Source: an uncultured delta proteobacterium
GTDB lineage: Bacteria > Desulfobacterota > Binatia > UBA9968
Direction of reading: 5' to 3'
NCBI GenBank assembly: GCA_963745035.1
Contig: CAVUVW010000010.1
Span: forward strand, 96,001-160,000
Length of the DNA stretch: 64,000 bases
Below the pieces are notes generated by a model. The model was not told the origin of the DNA and made no database searches. It saw only the letters and a list, made by a program, of their open reading frames with translations. Both the position numbers and the translations under genes were made by a program. Positions 49,202 to 57,986 of this stretch are shown here, piece after piece (the first letter of the stretch is position 1; every line of letters starts with the position of its first letter).

Positions 49202-49981
49202 ATGGTTCGGCGCGAGAAGTCCAACTACGTCATTCAGTCCGTTTCACATGCACTCGATGTGCTGGAACAGTTCTACGGCAACGTCGATGAGATCGGCGTG
49301 ACCGAGTTGAGCAAGCGGCTGAAACTGCACAAGAACAACGTTTTTCGTTTGCTCGCGACGCTCGAAGCGCGGGGTTACATCGAGCAGAACAAAGTTACCG
49401 AAAACTATCGTTTGGGCCTGCGCTGCTTGCAGCTCGGGCAGACGTTTATTCATCAGATGGGCTTGTTGCTGCAGTCGCGCGCGGTGCTCGAGGAGCTGTC
49501 GAAGATGACCAACGAAAGCGCCTACGTCGCGATTCGCAAAGGCAGCGCGATCATTCCCCTCGACTTCGTCGAGCCGGCGCGGGCGGTGCGCGTGGTTTCC
49601 TTTCTCGGCACCGTGCTGCCGCCGCACTGCACGGCGGCGGGCAAAGCGCATCTGGTTTTCGAGGCCGAGGGAACTCCCGGCCAGAGCCTGCCGGAGCGCT
49701 TGGAACGGTTTACCGACCAGACGATCGTCGAGCGCAGCGCGCTGCGAGAGCAGATGAAGATGATCGGCGAAGCCGGCTATGCCGTCGAGCGCGGCGAGTT
49801 CGCCGAAGACGTCAACGCGGTAGCGGTGCCGGTGCGCGATTACACGCGAGCGCTCGTCGGCACTCTGGCCGTGGTCGGCCCGGCGCACCGGTTTAACGAC
49901 GATGCGGTCAACAACGAGATCGCACCGGTGCTGCTGAAAGCAGGGACGGAGCTTTCCAAAAGGTTGGGCTTTCCGGGATAG
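49202..49981 (+). CDS. IclR-family transcriptional regulator
   Basis: QSVSHALDVLE, GVTELS..LHKNNVFRLL, HCTAAGKA, AVAVPV. Confidence 0.93.
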   Translation: MVRREKSNYVIQSVSHALDVLEQFYGNVDEIGVTELSKRLKLHKNNVFRLLATLEARGYIEQNKVTENYRLGLRCLQLGQTFIHQMGLLLQSRAVLEELSKMTNESAYVAIRKGSAIIPLDFVEPARAVRVVSFLGTVLPPHCTAAGKAHLVFEAEGTPGQSLPERLERFTDQTIVERSALREQMKMIGEAGYAVERGEFAEDVNAVAVPVRDYTRALVGTLAVVGPAHRFNDDAVNNEIAPVLLKAGTELSKRLGFPG

Positions 49982-50113
49982 AACGTTAAGAACCTCGTTG
50001 CCGCGCAAGCTCCTTGCGAACCCCGCGGCGCGCCGTCGAGAATCGCTCACGACGGGCGATCAGGAACACGCAAACAGTCTTGAAAAGAGCGGGGGCGCTG
50101 ACCTCGGCACCGG

Positions 50114-50136
50114 CCGGCGGCACGCCGCCGGTTTTT
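50114..50136 (+). terminator. Putative intrinsic terminator
   Basis: CCGGCGG-CACG-CCGCCGG-TTTTT. Confidence 0.5.
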
Positions 50137-50186
50137 GATAAGCGCTTTCTTTGCGCAGATAAGAAGGGAACGATGGGCGAGCCGCT

Positions 50187-52184
50187 ATGCTGACATTGGT
50201 CGAAAAGATCGCCTTTATCTTGCTTGCGTTCGGCTCTTTTTACTACGGCGGAACGAGATTCTACGCCGTCTATCGCGCGATTGCGCGCGGCAAACCCGAC
50301 GCGCGTTTCGGCAATCTGGCCGAGCGGATTCGGCGGGCGATCTGGATCGTCCTCACGCACCAGTCGGTTTTTAAGGCCCGACCGATCGTCTCGTTCCTGC
50401 ACGCGCTGATTTTCTACGGCTTCGTATTTTATTTTCTCGTCAATCTGGTCGATGTTCTCGAAGGCTTTTTCGGCATTCACGCGCGCGGCGGAGCGTGGAA
50501 TCTCTTCAACGTGCTCGCCGACCTTCTGACCGCCGGCGTGCTGATTGGCATCGTCGGCATGGTCATCCGCCGATTGATCGTCCGGCCCAAGGATTTCGAA
50601 TTTCCCGCCAACGTGCCGGTCGAGCCCGAGGTGCGCGCCGGTATTTTTCGCGACTCCAGCGTCGTTGCCGGATTCATCATCTTTCACGTCGGCTGCAGGC
50701 TGCTGTTCAAGGCGACGCAGCTGGCCCAGGAAGGCGCCGATGCGTTCCAGCCGATGAGCTCGCTGTTCGCGCTGCTGTTCGCCGGGCTCGACGCCGATGG
50801 GCTGACGTTGCTGAACCATTTTTTCTGGTGGGGTGCGCTTGGCTCGATTCTCCTGTTCCTGCCGTATTTTCCGCGCTCCAAGCACATTCATCTGTTTCTC
50901 GCCCCGCTCAATTTGGCTCTAAAAAAGGACAATCCGGGCGCGCTCCAGCCGATGGATTTCGAGAAGGAAGAAGTTTTCGGTGCCGCGAAGCTGGAAGATT
51001 TCACTTGGCCGCGCCTGCTCGATTCGTATAGCTGCATCATGTGCAACCGCTGCCAAGACGTCTGCCCCGCGACGGCCACCGGCAAGGCGCTCAGCCCGGC
51101 GGCGATCTTGATCAACGAGCGCTTCGAGCTGAACAAGATCTTTCCTTCCTTTGCCGGCGGCGCGGAGAGTCCGCGGCCGCTGCTCGACTTCGCGCTCAAT
51201 GAAGAAGCGGCCTGGGCGTGCACTACGTGCAACGCCTGCATCGAAGTCTGCCCCGTCGGCAACGAGCAGATGCTGCACATTATCGACGTGCGCCGCGAGC
51301 GCGTGCTCACGGCGGCGGAGTTTCCCAAAGGATTGCAAAACACTTTCAATCACATGGAGCGCGCGGGCAATCCCTGGGGGATGGCGGCGGACGAGCGCAT
51401 GGCTTGGGCAAAAGACCTGCCGTTTTCGGTCCCCACCTTGGCGCAAAAGCCCGACCCCGAGGTGCTCTATTGGGTCGGCTGCGCGGTGGCGTTCGATCCG
51501 CGGGCGCAAAAGATCGCCCGCAGCCTGGCCGCGATCTTCAATTCCGCCGGGGTTGATTGGGCCGTGCTCGGCAAGGACGAGAAATGCACCGGGGACACGG
51601 CACGCCGGGCCGGCAACGAATATTTGTTCGCGCAAATGGCCGAGGAAAACGTCGCCGCCTTGAACGAGGTCAAAGCCAAGACCATCGTGACCACCTGCCC
51701 GCACTGTTTTCATACGATCGCCAACGAGTATCCGCAGTTCGGCGGCAACTACACAGTCAAGCACCACACCGACTATATCGACGAGCTGATGCGAAGCGGC
51801 AGGCTCAAGCTCGCCGCCCACGGCGCCGGCTCGGTGACCTATCACGATCCGTGCTACCTGGGGCGGCACAACGGTCTCTTCGAGCAGCCCCGTGCCTTGA
51901 TTCGAAACAGCGGCGCGAAGCTGACCGAGCCCCGGCGCACTCAAAAGAACAGTTTTTGCTGCGGCGCGGGCGGCGGCCAGTTTTGGAAGGAGGAAGAGAA
52001 AGGCACCGAGCGGGTCAGCACCAATCGCTATCGTGAGCTCAAGCAAACCGGCGCCAAGACGGTCGCCACCGGCTGTCCATTTTGCATGCGCATGATTACC
52101 GAAGAGGCTGCCAAAGAGGAGCCGGACGCCGCCATGGAAGTCCTGGATATCGCGGAAATCGTCGCCAAGCAGCTCGCCAAGTGA
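50187..52184 (+). CDS. Membrane-bound Fe-S oxidoreductase (FadF/HdrD/GlpC-like, CCG domains)
   Basis: N-terminal TMs, CIMCNRCQDVCP, CTTCNACIEVCP, TYHDPCYLGR, CCGAGGG, CPFC. Confidence 0.9.
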   Translation: MLTLVEKIAFILLAFGSFYYGGTRFYAVYRAIARGKPDARFGNLAERIRRAIWIVLTHQSVFKARPIVSFLHALIFYGFVFYFLVNLVDVLEGFFGIHARGGAWNLFNVLADLLTAGVLIGIVGMVIRRLIVRPKDFEFPANVPVEPEVRAGIFRDSSVVAGFIIFHVGCRLLFKATQLAQEGADAFQPMSSLFALLFAGLDADGLTLLNHFFWWGALGSILLFLPYFPRSKHIHLFLAPLNLALKKDNPGALQPMDFEKEEVFGAAKLEDFTWPRLLDSYSCIMCNRCQDVCPATATGKALSPAAILINERFELNKIFPSFAGGAESPRPLLDFALNEEAAWACTTCNACIEVCPVGNEQMLHIIDVRRERVLTAAEFPKGLQNTFNHMERAGNPWGMAADERMAWAKDLPFSVPTLAQKPDPEVLYWVGCAVAFDPRAQKIARSLAAIFNSAGVDWAVLGKDEKCTGDTARRAGNEYLFAQMAEENVAALNEVKAKTIVTTCPHCFHTIANEYPQFGGNYTVKHHTDYIDELMRSGRLKLAAHGAGSVTYHDPCYLGRHNGLFEQPRALIRNSGAKLTEPRRTQKNSFCCGAGGGQFWKEEEKGTERVSTNRYRELKQTGAKTVATGCPFCMRMITEEAAKEEPDAAMEVLDIAEIVAKQLAK

Positions 52185-52186
52185 TT

Positions 52187-52651
52187 ATGTCGCGCCGTCC
52201 AGGTTTCATCTCGCTGGTGGCGGTCGCGGCCTTGGCCGCCGTTGCTTCCTGCGAAGCGCAGCCCAAGGTCACGATTGTTACTCAGGCGGGACGGTCGGTG
52301 GTTTTTCAGGTAGAGGTCGCCGATACACCGGCGAAAAGAACCCTGGGCCTGCAATACCGCAAAGAGCTGGCCGACGGTCGCGGCATGATTTTTCTGTTTC
52401 CCGCCGAAACGCAGCAGTCCTTTTGGATGAAGAACACGCCGCTTCCCCTGGACATGATTTTCATCAATGCGGAGCGAAAAATCGTCGGCATCGTCGAGCA
52501 GACGACGCCGTTCTCGTTGGATTCGCGTTCGGTTGCGGCGCCGAGCCAGTTTGTGCTCGAGATCAACGGCGGCCTGGCGAAGCGGCACGGCATTCGCCCC
52601 GGCGACAGCGTGCGCTTTGAAAACATTTCGACGAACGGCGTCAGAGAATAA
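52187..52651 (+). CDS. DUF192 family lipoprotein
   Basis: VEVADT...GL.YR...GMIF, FWMKNTPLPLDMIF, VLEINGG. Confidence 0.9.
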   Translation: MSRRPGFISLVAVAALAAVASCEAQPKVTIVTQAGRSVVFQVEVADTPAKRTLGLQYRKELADGRGMIFLFPAETQQSFWMKNTPLPLDMIFINAERKIVGIVEQTTPFSLDSRSVAAPSQFVLEINGGLAKRHGIRPGDSVRFENISTNGVRE

Positions 52652-52684
52652 AAAAGGGACCGGAGCGCTGGCCCCGATCCCTTT
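52650..52684 (-). terminator. Terminator between convergent genes
   Basis: Minus strand AAAGGGATCGGGGC-CAGC-GCTCCGGTCCCTTTTTT. Confidence 0.6.
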
Positions 52685-52704
52685 GCATGACGCGCCTCGG
52701 CGCT

Positions 52705-53772
52705 TCAGATCTCGTGGAAGAAGTACGGCCTCACCGGCGCGAGCTTCTCCTCGTAGGAGTCCGGGTACATGAACCACAGCGACGCGGCGATGCTGCTCAG
52801 CAGCGAGTTGCCGTCCTGGGGCGTGAAGCAGGTGCCGACGATTTCTTTATCGCCGCGCATCGCCAGGCTCTGGGTCACGATCACGGTCTGATTCAAGATT
52901 CTCCCGAACATGCCGTGGTCGCGGCCGAACGAAAACACCGAAGCGGAGGATTTTTTGTGCGTGAGCGCTACCCGGGCGTTGCTCTGCAGACGGCGCATGA
53001 GCTCTTCTTTGGCGATGCCGCGGCGCAGCTTCAGGTTGAAGTGGATCGTGTGCATGTACTGCGTGTTCAGCTTCAGCGCCGAAGAATAGATGTCGAGATC
53101 CAAGCCTAGAGTCTTGAACAGGTAATGGGCGTCGCGTCCCTGGTGGGTGCCGAACTGCGGGTCGTCGTGCTTGCCCGCTTCGGGCGCCGGAATAAAATCG
53201 CCTTCCTGGCTCAGATCGTTGGCGCGGCGCATGCACACGAAGCGGCTTTCGGCCAGATTGTCTTCTTTCTCCGGACCCAGGGCGATGGTGTCGATCAGCA
53301 CCGCCAGGTTGTGCGTGTTGCAGCTCACGACTTGGATGAATTGATCCTCGCCCTTTTGCAGCGCTCTGTCGTTGATGCCGCGCGCGTATTTTTTGCCGAA
53401 ACCGTCTTCGCTGCCCTGGGCGATGAAGCCGCGGCCGTTGCCGGTGTATTTGTTGTAGAGCTTTTCCTTGTTTTCGTTGCCTACGGGAGTGCAGTCGATG
53501 ATCACGCTGGCGCGTTCGATGGCTTCTTCGGCCTCGAAGCTCGGCTGCATGCCCATGTCGACGAATTTTTGCCAGCGCTCTTTGTCGACCGCGAGCCTCG
53601 CGCCTTTGCTGCACGAGGCGATGACCTTGGAGCGGTCGGCGAGCAGAGGCGTGCGTTTGTGGAAGGTCACCTCATCGATGCCGAAGGAGTCTTTGAACGT
53701 CGACAAGATGCCGACCAGCGGCTCGCCGATGGTTCCGGTGCCGACAATGTGAACGACTTTTTTTTGCGCCAT
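52705..53772 (-). CDS. Archaeal-type (class II) glyceraldehyde-3-phosphate dehydrogenase-like protein
   Basis: GTGTIG, IDCTP, IAQGSE, VVSCNT, RRAND, THQGRD, YMH, which parallel archaeal GAPDH motifs. Confidence 0.75.
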   Translation of the reverse strand: MAQKKVVHIVGTGTIGEPLVGILSTFKDSFGIDEVTFHKRTPLLADRSKVIASCSKGARLAVDKERWQKFVDMGMQPSFEAEEAIERASVIIDCTPVGNENKEKLYNKYTGNGRGFIAQGSEDGFGKKYARGINDRALQKGEDQFIQVVSCNTHNLAVLIDTIALGPEKEDNLAESRFVCMRRANDLSQEGDFIPAPEAGKHDDPQFGTHQGRDAHYLFKTLGLDLDIYSSALKLNTQYMHTIHFNLKLRRGIAKEELMRRLQSNARVALTHKKSSASVFSFGRDHGMFGRILNQTVIVTQSLAMRGDKEIVGTCFTPQDGNSLLSSIAASLWFMYPDSYEEKLAPVRPYFFHEI

Positions 53773-53921
53773 GGCTACCCGCCTCAGGTTTAATAGGCGA
53801 ATACTAGCCCAACAACATGCAGCGATCAACCGACTTTGCTTCGCGCAGTCGCCGCGATCCAAGGGCAAAACGCGATTACATTGACGATGGTTTAATGGTA
53901 AAAATGCACTACGGAGGCAAA

Positions 53922-55368
53922 ATGGCTGCGACAAATCTGCCAGCGACTTTTTTCGATCAAAACTTTGCCATTCGCTCCGGAGACCTAGAAAAGGTGCTCG
54001 ATCAAGCGTTGGGCAAAAAGGCGGACTACGCCGATCTCTACTTCGAATATCGGCGCAACGAAGGGGTGGGTCTGGAAGAAGGTCTGGTCAAAAACTGCTC
54101 GCAATCCACCGCCAACGGTGTCGGCGTGCGCGTGCTGGCCGAGACCAAAACCGGCTACGCCTATACCGACGATATCACCATCGAGAATCTCGAGATCGCC
54201 GCGCGCACGGCGCGCTACATCGCGCAGAATCGCGCCACCGACACTCCGGCGCCCGTCGGCGCTTCCGGGGGATCGCCGCGCGATCTCTATCCGGTCGCAA
54301 CGCCGGTCAACGACGTCGCTTTGGAAAAGAAAGTGGAGCTGCTCTACGAGATCGACAAATTCGCGCGCGGTCTCGATGCGCGCGTGAAAAATGTCTTCGT
54401 TTCTCTCGGCAGCGAGTACAAGGTGATCTACGTCGCAAGCTCGCAGGGAGTGAGAGTCGGCGATATTCAGCCGCTCACCCGGCTCAACGTGAGCTGCATC
54501 GTCGAAGAGAACGGCAACCGGCAGATCGGCAGCTTCGGCGGCGGCGGCCGGGTGGAGTACGGCTTTTTCGTCGATCATCAGGACTGGCAGCGCTATGCGC
54601 GCGAGGCGGTCCGCCAGGCGATTCTCAACCTCGACGCCATCGATGCTCCGGCGGGCACCATGGACGTGGTGCTGGGCCCGGGCTGGCCGGGAATCTTGCT
54701 CCACGAGGCGATCGGCCACGGGCTCGAGGGTGATTTTAATCGCAAGAAGACTTCGGCGTTCAGCGGTCGTATCGGCCAGAAAGTGGCGTCGGAGCTGTGC
54801 ACGGTGGTCGACGACGGGACGATTCCTTCGCGCCGCGGTTCGATCAACATCGACGACGAAGGCACGCCGACCAACCGGACGGTGCTGATCGAGAAGGGCA
54901 TTCTGAAAGGTTACTTGCAGGACAAACTCAATGCCGGCTTGATGAAGATGCCGCTCACCGGCAACGGCCGGCGCGAAAGCTACGCGCATATTCCCATGCC
55001 GCGCATGACCAACACCTTCATGCTCGCCGGCGAGTCGGCGCCGGAGGATATCATCCGTTCGGTGGATAAGGGGCTCTACGCTGTGTCGTTCGGCGGCGGC
55101 CAGGTGGATATCACCAGCGGCAAGTTCGTTTTCTCGGCGAGCGAAGCCTATCTGATCGAAGGCGGCAAGGTGACTCGGCCGGTCAAGGGCGCCACGCTCG
55201 ATTGGCAACGGGCCTGACGTGCTCACCCGGGTTTCGATGGTGGGTTCGGATCTAAAACTGGATGAAGGCGTCGGCACCTGCGGCAAGGACGGCCAATCGG
55301 TGCCGGTCGGCGTCGGGCTGCCGACCATCAAAATCGACGGCCTCACCGTCGGCGGGACGAGGGCCTGA
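53922..55368 (+). CDS. tldD: Metalloprotease TldD (frameshift near 55200)
   Basis: [57 protein letters not shown] in shifted frame. Confidence 0.93.
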
Positions 55369-55377
55369 AAAGCTATC

Positions 55378-55417
55378 GTTCAAGCCGTTCAAATAGTTCA
55401 AAACGTTCAAGCAGTTT
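55378..55417. repeat. Nonamer tandem repeat GTTCAANNN x4 between tldD and pmbA
   Basis: GTTCAAGCC GTTCAAATA GTTCAAAAC GTTCAAGCA GTT. Confidence 0.8.
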
Positions 55418-55462
55418 TCGGACGGACCTCCGAAAAACGTTTTGAACGAGCCGGGGAGTTGT

Positions 55463-56818
55463 ATGGAACGATTGGAATTGAGCCAGGAGCTGGGCCGGGA
55501 AATCCTGGCCATGGCCAAGGCCAGAGGTGCTTCGGAAGGCGACGTCGTGATGGCGGAGAGCGACTCGTTCTTCGTCACCGTGCGCATGGGTGAAGTGGAA
55601 AAAATCAGTCAGGCGGGCGAGAAGCGCCTGGGCCTGCGGCTCTTTTTCGGCAACAGCTCGGCAAGCGCATCGACGTCGGACATTTCCAAAAAGTCGATTG
55701 AAAAATTGGTCGACGACACGGCGCGGATGGCCAAGGTGACGGCGCAGGATCCGCACGGCGGCTTGCCGGCGCCCCGCGAGCTTGCGCGCGACTTGCCGCA
55801 GTTGGACCTGAGCGACGAAGCGGCGCGCGACGTTTCCGTCGATGAAAAAATTCGGCTGGCTCTGGCGACCGAAAAGAGCGCGTTGGCGTACGACGAGCGC
55901 ATCACTAACTCGGAAGGCGCGGAGTTTTCCAACCAGTTCGGCCGCGTGATCTACGCCAGCAGCGGCGGCTTTGCCGGTGAATATTGCGGTTCTACTTTCG
56001 GCCACTCGGTCGCGCCGGTGGCGTCGCACAACGGCGCCATGCAGCGCGATTACTGGTACTCGTCCAATCGCAAATTCGCCAGGCTCGATTCGCCGGCGCA
56101 GGTCGGCGAGCGCGCCGCGCAGCGGGTGCTGCGCCGGCTCGGCGCCCGCAAGGTGAAAACCTGCCAGGCGCCGGTCGTTTTCGATCCCGAGATGGCGGCC
56201 TCGCTGCTGCGCAATCTGGCCTCGGCCTTGTCCGGCTACTCGCTTTACAAAGGCGCATCGTTCTTGGCGGGCCGGTTGGAAACGGAGATCGGCTCCGAAT
56301 TATTGACGGTGATCGACGACGGCACGATCCCCGGCGCGCTCGGCTCGCGGCCGTTCGACGGCGAGGGGCTGCCGGTCCGGAAAAAAACCGTGGTCGAAAA
56401 GGGGCGGCTGCAAAGTTATCTGCTCGATACCTACAGCGGCAAAAAATTGGGCATGCCGTCCACCGGCAACGCATCGCGCTCGGTCGGCGAGGCGCCCGGG
56501 GTGGCGCCGGCGAACTTTTATCTCGCGCCGGGCAACGAGTCTCCGGAGCAGATCATCGGCACGGTGCAAAACGGCTTCTACGTGACGGAAATGATCGGCT
56601 TTGGCGTCAACATGGTGACGGGAGATTACTCCCGCGGCGCCGCGGGCATCTGGATCGAGAACGGCGAGCTCGCGTATCCGGTGGAAGAGATCACGATTGC
56701 CGGCAATCTGAAAGAAATGTTGCGCAACATCGAAATGGTCGGCAGCGACCTTGAAATGCGCGGCCGCATCGCCGCGCCGACGATCAAAATCTCTCAAATG
56801 ACGATTGCCGGTGACTAG
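55463..56818 (+). CDS. pmbA: TldE/PmbA protein
   Basis: MQRDYW, SRPFDGEG, STGNA, GVNMVTGDYSRGA, EITIAGNL. Confidence 0.92.
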   Translation: MERLELSQELGREILAMAKARGASEGDVVMAESDSFFVTVRMGEVEKISQAGEKRLGLRLFFGNSSASASTSDISKKSIEKLVDDTARMAKVTAQDPHGGLPAPRELARDLPQLDLSDEAARDVSVDEKIRLALATEKSALAYDERITNSEGAEFSNQFGRVIYASSGGFAGEYCGSTFGHSVAPVASHNGAMQRDYWYSSNRKFARLDSPAQVGERAAQRVLRRLGARKVKTCQAPVVFDPEMAASLLRNLASALSGYSLYKGASFLAGRLETEIGSELLTVIDDGTIPGALGSRPFDGEGLPVRKKTVVEKGRLQSYLLDTYSGKKLGMPSTGNASRSVGEAPGVAPANFYLAPGNESPEQIIGTVQNGFYVTEMIGFGVNMVTGDYSRGAAGIWIENGELAYPVEEITIAGNLKEMLRNIEMVGSDLEMRGRIAAPTIKISQMTIAGD

Positions 56819-56826
56819 CAATTCAC

Positions 56827-56891
56827 GAGGATCGAAGATGGAGGATCGAGGATCGCTTTTCCATCTTCCATCATCGATCCTCTATCCTCGG
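56827..56891. repeat. Heptamer inverted repeat (GAGGATC family)
   Basis: GAGGATC GAAGATG GAGGATC GAGGATC / CCATCTT CCATCAT CGATCCT CTATCCT CG. Confidence 0.8.
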
Positions 56892-56899
56892 CTTGTTCC

Positions 56900-57109
56900 C
56901 TACAAGACCTGAAAGCCCGCCTTGAGCGCCGCGCGCAGGAAGTCGTCGATATGCGATTGGCTCGGGTCAAAGTCGAGCACGGCGACGCTGCGCTCCAAGC
57001 TGAAATCGATCTTTTCGATGCCCGGAAGCGCTTGAAAGGCCGTCCGCAGCGCCGGTAGATCTTCCGCTTTGAGCTTAGCGATCGAGAGGATAGCTGTCTT
57101 AGTGCCCAT
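56900..57109 (-). CDS. Small HMA-fold-like protein without CxxC
   Basis: LPGIEKIDFSL..AVLDFDP....AALKAGF pattern; RBS AGGAGG. Confidence 0.6.
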   Translation of the reverse strand: MGTKTAILSIAKLKAEDLPALRTAFQALPGIEKIDFSLERSVAVLDFDPSQSHIDDFLRAALKAGFQVL

Positions 57110-57335
57110 CGCGCCCTCCTTGTTTTGAATTTGCCAAAACTTCCTTCGATTCGCAATTCAGCATCTCGTTTCCCGCAACCCGTTTACGTTTGTACGTGCG
57201 CTCTCGCTTTGCGAAATTTTCTTGACGCGCACGGACGACTTATGTGACAGTACTTTCGCCGATCGGCGCTGGTGTATCTTTCATGGGCGCTCTACTCAAC
57301 GCATTCAAATCCACCAACATGATCAGGAGGGGAGC

Positions 57336-57767
57336 ATGGCTTACGATGTAGAAAAGCTCTTAACCCTATCCCAGGCGGATCTCGATGCTCTCTTTACCAA
57401 GAGCCCGGTAGGGGAAATTCCGGACGGAGAAGCCGATGGTACGGCGATCGTTGCGCCCGGGACAAAATTCAGCTCGACCATTGCTCATTTTGTCAGCCAC
57501 TTCGCCTGGCAAGGAAAGGTGTTCGACGCCAAAAAGGGCCAGCTCAAAAACAAGATTCTTCCTTTCGGACTCAATGCAATTATCGCCAAGGTGTATAAGG
57601 CCCCGAGCTGGCTTGACGGTAAAGAATGTATCGTATTGGATTACTCCGATACTTCGCTTGTCGCTCAATGGATTCGCGATGAGATTCGCCAGATCGAACC
57701 GAAGCTGTATTTAGGAAAAGTGTATTGGGATAAAACGCGCCTGATCGATTTTGCGTTAAAATTCTAA
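57336..57767 (+). CDS. Conserved hypothetical protein upstream of the cytochrome cluster
   Basis: LDALF, WQGKVFD, LDGKECIVLDYS, IRDEIR, YLGK; RBS GGAG. Confidence 0.7.
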   Translation: MAYDVEKLLTLSQADLDALFTKSPVGEIPDGEADGTAIVAPGTKFSSTIAHFVSHFAWQGKVFDAKKGQLKNKILPFGLNAIIAKVYKAPSWLDGKECIVLDYSDTSLVAQWIRDEIRQIEPKLYLGKVYWDKTRLIDFALKF

Positions 57768-57986
57768 GCGTCTGAGAGCGTTCGGGATTTTTCCCGAGCG
57801 TCATTTTCCGGAAATCTGTTCATTGTGCTCGGAAAAGCTCTCTTCCCACCTCGCTCTCTGAGGGCGCGACGGTTTATCGCCGCTACGCGCGTGAATGGGT
57901 CCCCGCAAATTTCTTTGGCGCCGGGATTGGACGATTGTCGGTCGACGATTTGCGCATGGGATTTGGCGCACAATGGATAAACGCGT

